Shown here one piece after another: positions 12,765 to 24,068 of a DNA stretch of 64,000 nucleotides. Every line of letters starts with the position of its first letter. Within the stretch, counting starts at the first letter, position 1. The stretch is from Leucoraja ocellata (lineage: Eukaryota): assembly GCA_036785375.1 (NCBI GenBank), contig JAWMAR010000478.1, positions 248,001-312,000 of the forward strand. The letters are read 5' to 3'. Below the pieces are notes generated by a model. The model did no database searches. It had not been told where the DNA came from and was given only the letters and a program-made list of their open reading frames with translations. Both the position numbers and the translations under genes were made by a program.

Positions 12765-14560
12765 TAGACAATAGGTACAGGAGTAGGCCATTCGGCCCTT
12801 CGAGCCAGCACCACCATTAAATGTGATCATGGCTGATCATCCACATTCAGTACCCCGTTCCTGTCTTCTCACCATATCCCTTGACTCCGCTATCTCTAAG
12901 AGCGCTATCTAACTCTCTCTTGAAAGCATCCATTGAATTGGCCTCCACTGCTTTTGAGGCAGAGAATTCCACAGATTCACAATTCTCTGGGTAAAAACGT
13001 TTCTCCTCATCTCCGTTTTAAATGGCCGACCCCTTATTCTTAAACTGTGGCCCCTGGTTCTGGACTCCCCCAACATTGGGAACACGTTTCCTGCCCCTAG
13101 TGTCCAATCCCTTCACAATCTTACATGTTTCAATAAGATATCCTCTCATCCTAAATTCCAGAGTATACAAGCCCAGCTGCTCCATTCTATCAAGATATGA
13201 CAGTCCCGCCATCCCGGGAATTAACCTGGTGAACCTACGCTGCACTCCCTCAATAGCAAGAATGTTCTTCCTCAAATATGGAGATCAAAACTGCACACAA
13301 TACTGAAGACAGATCGGATACTTTCAAGAGAGCTAGATAGAGCCCTTAAAGATAGTGGAGTCAAGGCATACGGTGAGAAGGCAGGAACGGGTGTCTGAAT
13401 GTGGATGATCAGCCCTGATCAAATTGAATGGAGGTGCTGGCTCCAAGGGCTAAATGGCCTACTCTGCTCCCATTGTCTATTATAACCATATAACAATTAC
13501 AGCACGGAAACAGGCCATCTCGACCCTTCTAGTCCGTACCGAACACGTATTCTCCCCTAGTCCCATCTACCTGCGCTCAGACCATAACCCTCCATTCCTT
13601 TCTCGTCCATATAACTATCCAATTTATTTTTAAATGATAAAAAGAAACCTGCCTCCACCACCTTCACTGGAAGCTCATTCCACACAGCCACCACTCTCTG
13701 AGTAAAGAAGTTCCCCCTCATGTTACCCCTAAACTTCTGTCCCTTAATTCTCAAGTCATGTCCCCTTGTTTGCATCTTCCCTCCTCTCAGTGGGAAAAGC
13801 TTATCCACGTCAACTCTGTCTATCCCTCTCATCATTTTAAAGACCTCTATCAAGTCTCCCCTTAACCTTCTGCGCTCCAAAGAATAAAGCCCTAACTTGT
13901 TCAACCTTTCTCTGTAACTCAGTTGCTGAAACCCAGGCAACATTCTAGTAAATCTCCTCTGTACTCTCTCTATTTTGTTGACATCCTTCCTATAATTAGG
14001 CGACTATTGTCAAAGTACCCATTCAACTCGTCTGCCATTTCTTTGTTCCCCATAATAAATTCATCTGTTGTCGTCTTCAAGATTCCAACTTCGGTCTGAA
14101 CTAATTTTTTCCTCTTCACATACCTAAAGCTTTTACTATCCTCCTTTATATTCTTGGCTGGCTTACCTTTGCACCTCATCTTTTATACCCCGCATTACCT
14201 TCTTAATTATCTTCTGTTGCTCTTTAAAAGTTACCCAATCCTCTGGCTTCCCACTCATCTTGCAATGTTATACATCTTCTCTTTAATTTTATACTGACCT
14301 TGACTTCCCTTGTCAGCCACAGTCGCCCCTTACTCCCCTTGGAATCTTTCTCCCTCTTTGGAATGAACTGATCCTGCACCTTCTGTATTATTCCCAGAAA
14401 TACCTGCCATTGTTGTTCCAATGTCATCCCTGCCAGGGTATTTTTCCATTCAACTTTGGCCAGCTCCTCCCTCATGTCTCCATAGTCCCCTTTGTTCAAC
14501 TGTAATACTGACATTTCTGATTTTCCCTTCTCCCTCTCAAATTGTAGATTAAAACATATT
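12765..14560. mobile_element. Cluster of CR1 fragments (mostly minus strand)
   Basis: VQRRFTRLIPG, RRLRGDLIEV and CR1 3' UTRs. Confidence 0.85.
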
Positions 14561-15570
14561 AATCGCCGACTAGGTGCAGCTTGTCGTAGACATTGTGTTG
14601 TCTTTGGGCCGCCAGGAAATTGTGTTCCCCCCCCCCCCCCCCCCCCATGTATTAAAAGTGATTTCCGCCCTTGAGAAGAGGAAGTGGCCGGGGTGAGACT
14701 GGTCCTTGATAATGCTGCTGGCCTTGTCGAGGCAGCGTGAGGTGTAGATGGAGTCGATGGTAGGGAGGTTGGATTGTGCGATGGTCTGGGCTGTGTCCAC
14801 AACTTTATGCTATTTCTTGCGGTTACCACGCAACTAAAGCTTTTCACTGTACCTCGGTACACGGGACAATAAGCTAAACTGAACTAAACGAACCACAGAT
14901 GCACCTTGAACCATCCCACCACAACCAGAGAGCAGTGCTGAACTACTATCTACCTTATTGGTGACCCTCGGTCTATCCTTGATCGGACTTTACTGCATTT
15001 ACCTTGCACTAAACATTATTCCCTTATCATATATGCAAACACTGTAAACAGCTTGATTGTAATCATGTATTGTCTGTACACTGACTGGTTAGCACACAAC
15101 AAAAGCTTTTCACTGTAGCTCGGCGCAAACATGACAATAAACTAAACTGTAACGTAGTCTTATAGTAGTGTATAAATCATGAGAGGATAAGATCGGGTAG
15201 ATGCGCAGAGTCTCATGCCCAGAGTAGGGGAATCGAACATCAGAAAAAATAGGTTTGAGGTGAGGGGAAAAAGATTTAATAGGAATGTAAGGGGTAACTT
15301 TTCCACACAGTGGGTGGTGGGTGTATGGAATGTGCTGCCAGAGGAGGTCGTTGAGGCAGAGACTATCCCAACATTTACAAAACAGTTATACAGGTACATG
15401 GATGGGACTGGTTTGCAGGGATATGGACCAAGCACAGGCAGGTGGGTCTAGCGTAGCTGGGGCATGTTGGCTGGTGAGGGCAAGTTGGGCCAAAGGGCCT
15501 GTTTCCACAATGTATCACTATAACTCTGTGAGAGGATGTTTAGACGGATATTGGCCTGTTTTCATGCAAT

Positions 15571-16722
15571 TTGAGATTAGTATACAAACTTAAAGCACAT
15601 GGCATTGGGGGTTCAGTATTGATGTGGATAGAGAACTGGCTGGCAAACAGGAAGCAAAGAGTAGGAGTAAACGGGTCCTTTTCACAATGGCAGGCAGTGA
15701 CTAGTGGGGTACCGCAAGGCTCAGTACTGGGACCCCAGCTATTTACAATATATATTAATGATCTGGATGAGGGAATTGAAGGCAATATCTCCAAGTTTGC
15801 GGATGACACTAAGCTGGGGGGCAGTGTTAGGTGTGAGGAGGATGCTAGGAGACTGCAAGGTGACTTGGATAGGCTGGGTGAGTGGGCAAATGTTTGGCAG
15901 ATGCAGTTTAATGTGGATAAATGTGAGGTTATCCATTTTGGTGGCAAAAACGGGAAAGCAGATTATTATCTAAACGGTGGCCGATTGGGAAAGGGGGAGA
16001 TGCAGCGAGACCTGGGTGTCATGGTACACCAGTCATTGAAGGTAGGCATGCAGGTGCAGCAGGCAGTAAAGAAAGCGAATGGTATGTTGGCTTTCATAGC
16101 AAGAGGATTTGAGTATAGGAGCAGGGAGGATCTACTGCAGTTGTACAGGGTCTTGGTGAGACCACACCTGGAGTATTGCGTGCAGTTTTGGTCTCCAAAT
16201 CTGAGGAAGGACATTATTGCCATAGAGGGAGTGCAGAGAAGGTTCACCAGACTGATTCCTGGGATGTCAGGACTGTCTTATGAAGAAAGACTGGATAGAC
16301 TTGGTTTATACTCTCTAGAATTTAGGAGATTGAGAGGGGATCTTATAGAAACTTACAAAATTCTTAAGGGGTTGGACAGGCTAGATGCAGGAAGATTGTT
16401 CCCGATGTTGGGGAAGTCCAGGACAAGGGGTCACAGCTTAAGGATAAGGGGGAAATCCTTTAAAACCGAGATGAGAACTTTTTTCACACAGAGTGGTGAA
16501 TCTCTGGAACTCTCTGCCGCAGAGGGTAGTTGAGGCCAGTTCATTGGCTATATTTAAGAGGGAGTTAGACGTGGCCCTTGTGGCCAAGGGGATCAGAGGG
16601 TATGGAGAGAAGGCAGGTACCGGATACCGAGTTGGATGATCAGCCATGATCATATTAAATGGCGGTGCAGGCTCGAAGGACCGAATGGCCTACTCCTGCA
16701 CCTAATTTCTATGTTTCTATGT
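15571..16722 (+). mobile_element. Young 5'-truncated CR1
   Basis: 320-aa open RT frame and intact tail; empty site visible at about 12608. Confidence 0.93.
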
Positions 16723-17559
16723 CACTATGACTCAATGATATCTTGCCTGCCGCAGATGTTAGAGTTTAGTTGTTGTGCAAGACGTTGATGAGACCGCATT
16801 TGAGGTATTGCATTCAGTTTTAGTCACACTGCTCTAGGAAGGAAACTGGAAAGAGTGCAGAGAAGATTCATGACAATAGACATTAGGTGCAGGAGTAGGC
16901 CATTCGGCCCTTCGAGCCAGCAAGGCCATTCAATGTGATCATGGCTGATCATCCACATTCAGTACCCCGTTCCTGCCTTCTCACCATATCCCTTGACTCC
17001 GCTATCTCTAAGAGCTCTATCTAACTCTCTCTCGAAAGCATCCAGAGAATTGGCCTCCACTGCTTTCTGAGCAGAGAATTCTACAGATTCACAATTCTCC
17101 GGGTAAAAATGTTTTTCCTCATTTCCATTTTAAATGGCCTACCCCTTATTCTTAAACTGTGGCCCCTGGTTCTGGACTCCCGCAACAGGAACATTTTTCC
17201 TGCCTCTAGCGTGTTCAATCCCTTCATAATCTTACATGTTTCAATAAGATCCCTTCTCATCCTAAATTCCAGTGTATACAAGCCCAGCCGCTTCATTCTA
17301 TCAACATATGACAGTCCCGCCATCCCAGGAATTAACCTCATGAACCTACGCTGCACTCCCTCAATAGCAAGAATATCTGTCCTCAAATTTGGAGACCAAA
17401 ACTGCACACAATACTCCAGGTGTGGTCTCCAGGTATGATAATGGGAAGAGGAGTGAAAATGGTTCACCACTGGAAGATCGAGGAAGCCTTGGCAAGTCGA
17501 ATGTATGAGCCCTCCAACAATGTGGTTCCTAATTGGATGATTATATCTTACTGTCCATG

Positions 17560-18350
17560 GTCAAAGTCGGCCCAATAGTCTTTCAATTCTTCCAAGTGCT
17601 TCAGTATGAGAGTCACCCACAGGAGGAAACCAGTTACCATAAAGTACAAGATGGGGCACTGCACCCAGGAAGAGGTGAAACATCATCCCTACATGGGAGT
17701 GGAACTTAGCAGTGATTTGAAATGGTCTATTCACATCAACCAAAGAATCACCAAGGCTAACAGAATGCTGGGATTGCAGAAGAAAAATATTTATTGTTGT
17801 AATAATTAGAATTAGATCCTTTATTTGTCATTTAACAGAACCAAGTGTATAGCCTGCAAGACTCTGATGAGACCCAAACATTGAGTATTGCTCTGCGGTC
17901 TGGGATCCACAAAACAAAACAGATGGGGACAAGTTAGAAAGAATTCAAAATAGAGTTGCAAGGTTTATCGTTGATGATTACAGCAGGGAGTCCAGTATCA
18001 CTGAAATCCTTGCTGATCTAGAGTGGGGAAACTCCTCAAGACCGTAGGACCAAATTACATCTGACAACAATCTATAATGAAATGCACGGGTTTATTCCAA
18101 GCAACATCAAGAGTCATCATCAATCGACAAATTCATCCAGTCAACCAAATACCTGGCAATCGGGGGTTATCAAATAAAACATCATCCCAACAAATAAAGA
18201 CTGTTATAGGTATTAACTGCACCCAAAGACAATTCACAAATATAATCATCTCCACCATGACATTCGCACTGCACCCGACATCAAGACTTTCAAGACCAAG
18301 CTAGAAACAATCAATATTAAGATGCTGACTTCCCAGGCCCACTTTAATAT
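17560..18350 (+). mobile_element. Old CR1/L2-group (Crack/Daphne-like) LINE 3' fragment
   Basis: YMGVELSSDLKWSIHI..KANRMLG, EYCSAVWDP, LERIQNRVARF. Confidence 0.65.
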
Positions 18351-18565
18351 TTAATTGCGACTTTGCACATGACCCACCTCATATATGCAACAACCCGTGA
18401 CATCAAGATACAGACACAGAAACAGACTGCATCTTCTGACTGGGATAAACTGCCCCCACTGGGATATTCTGACTGTGCGGGATCGGTCCTGTTGTGATGC
18501 AGACTGGTTGTCGCACTCAGTTCATCAACAAGATGATTGATAAATCAACTTTTTTGTTGCCACAA

Positions 18566-18999
18566 CCCAAGGAGACTGTCATCCCTGCCCTCAGTGCACT
18601 GTTGCATTTACCACGGCAGAGTTCCTTACACGGCATTTAAGAAGGCATCCTAAAGCACCCAGACCAATGTCAGTTGGATAACCCAGATTCACAATGTAAA
18701 CGTGGGCAGAGTCCGTTCACACCATCTGAAGGAAGGAGTGGAATTGGAAAATCTGGTGATCAACAAGAACGAGAAAGTGGAGATGGCATGAATGTGTCGA
18801 ATGTGGGAAGTGTTTCACGTGGGCAGGGAGCCTTCACCGACACCTGTCGATCCAAACCGGAGAGAGGCCACACAAATGTTCTGACTGTGGGAAGAGCTTC
18901 ACATATTCAGGGGTCCTCCAGAAATACCATTGGATACACACTAGTTCTCACAGTGCACACATACTCATAAATCTGGTGCACTTGGGAATTTGTTACTGA
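18566..18999 (+). pseudogene. PRDM9: PRDM9-like terminal zinc-finger exon, frameshifted
   Basis: HPCPQCTVAFTTAEFLTRHLRRH resembles the PRDM9 post-SET finger (HPCPSCCLAFSSQKFLSQH), then a spacer, then CVECGKCFTWAGSLHRHLSIQ-TGERPHK-CSDCGKSFTYSGVLQKYHWIH; two frameshifts; acceptor appears changed AG->AA. Confidence 0.7.
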
Positions 19000-21989
19000 A
19001 TGGCAGATTTTCCAGGCTATTGCATATTAAAATATTAGTTCATCTGCATTGTTTAGTTTAGTTTAGAGATACAGCGCGGAAACAGGCAGTCGGCCTATCG
19101 AGTCCACTGCGACCAATAAATCCCGCACATTAACACTATCCTACACACGCTAGGGACAATTTACAGTTATACCAAGCCAATTAATCTACAATCCTGTACG
19201 TCTTTGGTGTGTGGGAGGAAACCAAAGACCTCGGAGAAAATCCATGCAGGTCACGGGGAGAACGTACAAGCTCCGTACAGACAGAACCCATAGTCAGGAT
19301 CAAACCGAGTCTCTGGCGCTGTAAGGCAGCAACTCTACCGCTGCGCCATCGTGCCGCCCCCAAATGTTACCATTCTCATTGTTCCAACGAAGTCGATAAA
19401 ATCTTGCAGAACAGCACCACGTCTGGTGCAATCCTTGAGGTCGTCATCAATATGGGCAATTTCAGTTTGTATCAGAACTGGCCACATCATATGACTGCAG
19501 CCAATTCTGATGAAGGTCATTGATCTGAAAATACATTTTTCCAAATGTAATAATCTTATTTATATAGCACATTTTCAGTCAACTTGCATTGACCCCAAAG
19601 TGCTTCACATAATTACATTACATTACACACAGGCAAAGGTGGGTGAAGTGTCTTGCCCCAAGGACACAACGACAGTATGCACTCCAAGCGGGATTCGAAC
19701 CGGCTACCTTCCGGTCACCAGCCGAACACTTAGCCCATTGTGCCATCTGTCGTCCGAAGACATTTGTACATGGATAAGAAAGGTCAGAGGGCTATGGGTG
19801 AAATATGGGCAATTAGGATCAGCTTAGAGGAGGCATCTTGGTCAGCATGGACAAGTTGGGCCGAAGGGTCTGTTTCTACATGACCGTGAAACATGAACTG
19901 TTTCTTTCTCCACAAGATGCTGCCCGACTGGATGAGTATTTCAAGCATTTTCTGTCATTATTTCTTTGTTGTATTCTCCTTAATGGTTGTCCAGACCCCG
20001 AGGTGTAGGTCATCCCCAGCTTACGGACACATTAAAGTACAGCCCGTACACATGAGCGAGTGTCTGGGAGATGTGGGATGGATTTACCGGCTGCTGCGGG
20101 GCGTCAGGCATCTTCTGCCGTGTGGGAACTCTGTTCACGGCCGCATGTTCCGTTTGGGAACGGTTCCCAAGAAGGGAACCCTGCCGTAGCCGGGGGGAAT
20201 GTCCTGCACCGTCTCCATAGCAACTTCTTTATGCATCTAATGCAAGTGTTCTGTCCCAGGCCATATGTGTGCTTCCAACACAACACCACGCCCCAAAGTC
20301 ACAACTGGTGCTCTGACTTCCACAGTCTGCAAGTTTTAAACATCACAGTTTCAGCACAATCTCCCCGTACACCCAATTAACACATGTTGTATGTAGGAAG
20401 GAACTGCAGATGCTGGTTTAAACCGAAGATAGACACAAAAAGCTGGAGTAACTCAGCGGGTCAGACAGCATCTCTGGAGAAAAGGAATAGGTGACGTTTG
20501 GAGTCGAGTCAGGAAATTGGCACGAGCGATACAGATGGGTGTATGATACGATACAGTAGAACTTTATTTATCCCAGGAGGGAAATTGAATATATAGAGAT
20601 ATAGAATAAATGAATGAAAGAAATGTGAAAAACTGTAACGATGATAAAGGAAATAGGACATTGTTAGCTGAGGGCTTGGTGAAAACGAGTTACAGACAAT
20701 GAGACACAACAAGACGACTTTGAAACTTGTTCAATTACATGGGTAGGGAAAGGAGGGAGAGAGAGAGGGGATGAAAGCGTTACTTGAAGTTAGATAAATC
20801 AGTATTCTTCCCGAAGATAGACACAAAATGCTGGAGTAACTCAGCGGGACATGCAGCATCTCTGGAGAGAGGTAATGGTAATGTTTCAGCTCGGAGGGTG
20901 GTGATTCTGTGGAATTATTTGCCACAGAAGGCAATGCAGGCCACGCCAATGGACATTTTGGGGTTATGGGGAGAAGGCAGGAGAATGGGGTTGGGAGGGA
21001 GCAATCAGCCATGATTAAATGGCGGAGTAGACTTGATGGGCCGAATGGCCTAATTCTGCTCCAATCACTTAATATCTGCGTGGGTTTTCGCCAAGATCTT
21101 CAGTTTCCCCCCACAGTCCAAAGACGTAAAGATTTGAATAATAATTGGTTTGGTATAAGTGTAATTTGTCCCTCGAGTGTATAGGATAGTGGTAGCGTGC
21201 GGGGATCGCTGATCGGCATGGACTCGGTGGGACAGAGGGCCTGTTTCCGCGCTGTATCTCTAAACGTAACATAAATGGAGTCTATTCCGGATAGGTAGAA
21301 CTTTCCCATTGAAACACTTACTAATTACTTGAATCCCAGTAGATTACGACATCACGCATCTGATTTCCTTTGATCCATTGTTGGCAGGTCACAAAAAATA
21401 AATGTGTAAAGCAAAGAATCGCAGATGCTGAAAATCTGAAATAAAAATAGAATAATTTTTTTTTAAATCAGCAGGTTAGACAGCAGTTCTGTGGAAATAA
21501 ACAGTCTCGGATCAGAGACCCTTCACCAGAATATAAAAGAGCAAAAACAAGTTATTTTTCAGTTGTAGAGAGGGGTTGGGGTGGATTGGTGGAACAAAGG
21601 GGACATCACTGATGGGGCAAGTACAGATGAAGCAACTTAGTATTTGTAGTCAGCAATTAGAATAAGATAATGGTACAAGGAACTGCAGACCAGACTATAC
21701 TAACAGAACAATAAAACGGACGTGTATGAGATTAAACTCACCCAGAGGGTGGATGCAATCTGGGGCACGCTGCCTGAGGAGATGGTGGAGGCTTGAACTG
21801 TTCCTGCTGCTGCGGGAGAGGCTCCACTGGAGAAGATTCATCACACTGCAACAGCAGCAGATCCACTGTAATAGCAACTCCATTGCAGGGAGCCGCTCCA
21901 TTGCAGGGCGGCTGCATTACTGCAGGAGTTGCTCCACTGCAGGACGGCTGCATTACTACAGGAGTTGCTCCACTGCAGCATCTGCCGCT

Positions 21990-22330
21990 GGAGTCCATGA
22001 CGTGGACAGCTCGAGGCCTCGGCGCACTGTCCGAGACAACCGGGGGGGGGGGGGGGGGCGCAGGCTCGCTGACGTTGATGGAGAGCCCCGCCCTCCGTCA
22101 ACGTCAGCCAAAGCGAGGATGGCGGGAGACTCGCGACGTCTTTTGGCGCCTTTTCCCGCCGAGGGCTCGAGCTGCCCACGTGACCCGCGCTCTGGTTGGA
22201 GCCGCTCAGCTCACGTGAGGCGTCGCCAACGGCCGGGGGTGGGGAGGGGGCGGGGCTGTAAATGTGTAGAGGGCGGGAGAGAGAGAGAGAGAGAGAGAGA
22301 GACGGCGATTAGGCGGGAGGTGGAGTTTAG
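21990..22330 (+). promoter_or_regulatory. CpG-island promoter and candidate first coding exon (22119-22214, MAGDSRR...SAH|GTGAGG) of the PRDM9-like copy
   Basis: CpG-rich; GC box CCCCGCCC; TGACGT half-sites; E2F-like TTTTGGCGCC and TTTCCCGCC; E-boxes CACGTG twice; Kozak-like aggATGG; phase-0 donor. Confidence 0.55.
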
Positions 22331-22748
22331 CTGAGGCGAGGTTTAGGTTTAGTTCAGGAGAAGTGTAGTTGAGGTGAAGTTTAGTTGTGAGGGATTAGGG
22401 TTAGTGAGGTCAAGTTTAATTGGTTTAGGTGTGAGGTGAAATATAATAGTGAGGTGTGTTTAGTTGGGTGATGTTTAGTGAGAAAGTTTCAGCGAGGGGT
22501 GAGGTTTAGTTTATTTGAGGTTTATCTGGGGCGAGGTTTAGTCAAGGTGAGGTTCGAGGCGAGGAGTTTAGTTGTAGCGAGGTTTAGGTGTGAGGAGTAG
22601 TTTGGTAGTGAGGTGTGAGGTTTAGTCGATGTGAGGTTTAGTTGAAGCTAGGGGTTTAATCAAAGCAAGATTTAGCGAGGTGTGAAATTTAGCTGATGTG
22701 AGGTTTAGTTGAAGTGACGTTTGGTCGAGGTGGTTGAGGGGTTTAGTT
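22330..22748 (+). repeat. Degenerate (GAGGTTTAGTT)-like simple repeat
   Basis: Recurring gaggtttag/gtgagg units. Confidence 0.75.
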
Positions 22749-22749
22749 C

Positions 22750-22985
22750 TTAAGCCCTTTGCTCCTCTAGGGAGCATCGGCCATTGACAAGTGTCCTCCA
22801 CCTCACTCGGTTGTTGGTAGTTCTTTCGAGATCTCCCCAGTTGAGCCAACTCTCAGACATTTGTCTGTTCCTGGGGCGACCGCTTTTCCTTTTTCCTTGG
22901 AGGTTCCATTTCAGGGCTTGCCGGGTGATGTTTGTGGCAGGTTTCCTGAGGGTGTGTCCAATCCAACTCCATTTTCTCCTTCAAT
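22750..22985 (-). mobile_element. RTE-clade LINE 3' fragment
   Basis: Minus strand reads [30 protein letters not shown]. Confidence 0.75.
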
Positions 22986-23944
22986 GCTTCACTCCCTCCT
23001 CTTCCTGTCCAGAGTAGATAAGGTAGCGATGTTACAAAACCTACCTTCAGCGGCGATAGTGGATGACCAGCCATGATCACAATTAATGTCGGTGTTGGCT
23101 CGAAGGGCCGAATGGCCTCCTGCACCTATTTTCTAAGATGCCGGATATATGTCCTCTCAGGGGCCTGGGAATGGGGAAAATGCTGCTGCTCCTTCTCAGA
23201 CCATCACAATCCCAGGAACTGGTGTCAGTGAGGAATGGATGAGTTCCCTGGGCTCTGGAGTGGATCACTAACATTAATATTGAACTGGGAGATCATTCAG
23301 ATCATCTCCCTCATCTCCCTAGATGTCTTTCTCTATCTGACAACTTTCCCCAGCTGTGAGGAAAGAATATTAACCTGAAACATTCACTCAATTTCTACCT
23401 CCACAGATGCTGCCTGGCTTGCTGATTATCTCCTATTCTATCTCTGACAACTTATTGTTTTTTACAATAGTAGTTTTGCAGCAGCCCCTGGTTCAGTGTG
23501 GGGGAAGCCCATGATATTCACTGTATTCATTGCCAGAAATATAGACACTGATGTCTGTTGGCTGGAAGCTGCAATCTTGAATCTTGACAGGCAACATTTA
23601 GGGTCTGGACCTTTCCGGCAGATCAAGCCTGAACTGTACCCTAAATGCAGTTTCCTCTCTTGCTGTCATACGGTTTATTACTTCATGGAATCAATAATAT
23701 TTTGATATTGCTGGAATGCAATTAACAACTGATTTATTTCAACCCTAGAAAACAACTCCCTATATTCTTTGCGAAGAAATATCTCATTTCTATCCTGAAG
23801 AAGTTACCCTTTATTTTAAGCTGTTGACACTTTATACTGGAATTGTCCTGTATTTAATAAACAAATGATATTTTAAAATCAGTTTTGGAATTAATATCTG
23901 ATAATTTCAGATTATGCACCAAAGTACAATGTTTGTTTTTCCAG

Positions 23945-24068
23945 GATGTTGACGTTCAAAGACATTGCTGGCTATTTTTCCATGGAAAAGTTTGAAGAAA
24001 TAAGTGACTGGGTGAAGGTCCGTTATAAGAACATGAAGCAGAATTATGAAGCCGTGCTTGTCATTGGG
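23945..24068 (+). pseudogene. PRDM9: PRDM9/SSX-type ancestral KRAB exon
   Basis: Acceptor tttttccag; FKDIAGYFSMEKFEEISDWVKVRYKNMKQNYEAVLVIG aligns with PRDM9 [48 protein letters not shown] TTC suggests a 2-nt loss from DVDAFKD. Confidence 0.8.

Noticed and set aside
21726-22334. 202-aa ORF as a gene
   Set aside because: The first half is a CTGCA-rich tandem repeat and a G-run; only 22119-22214 is a plausible exon
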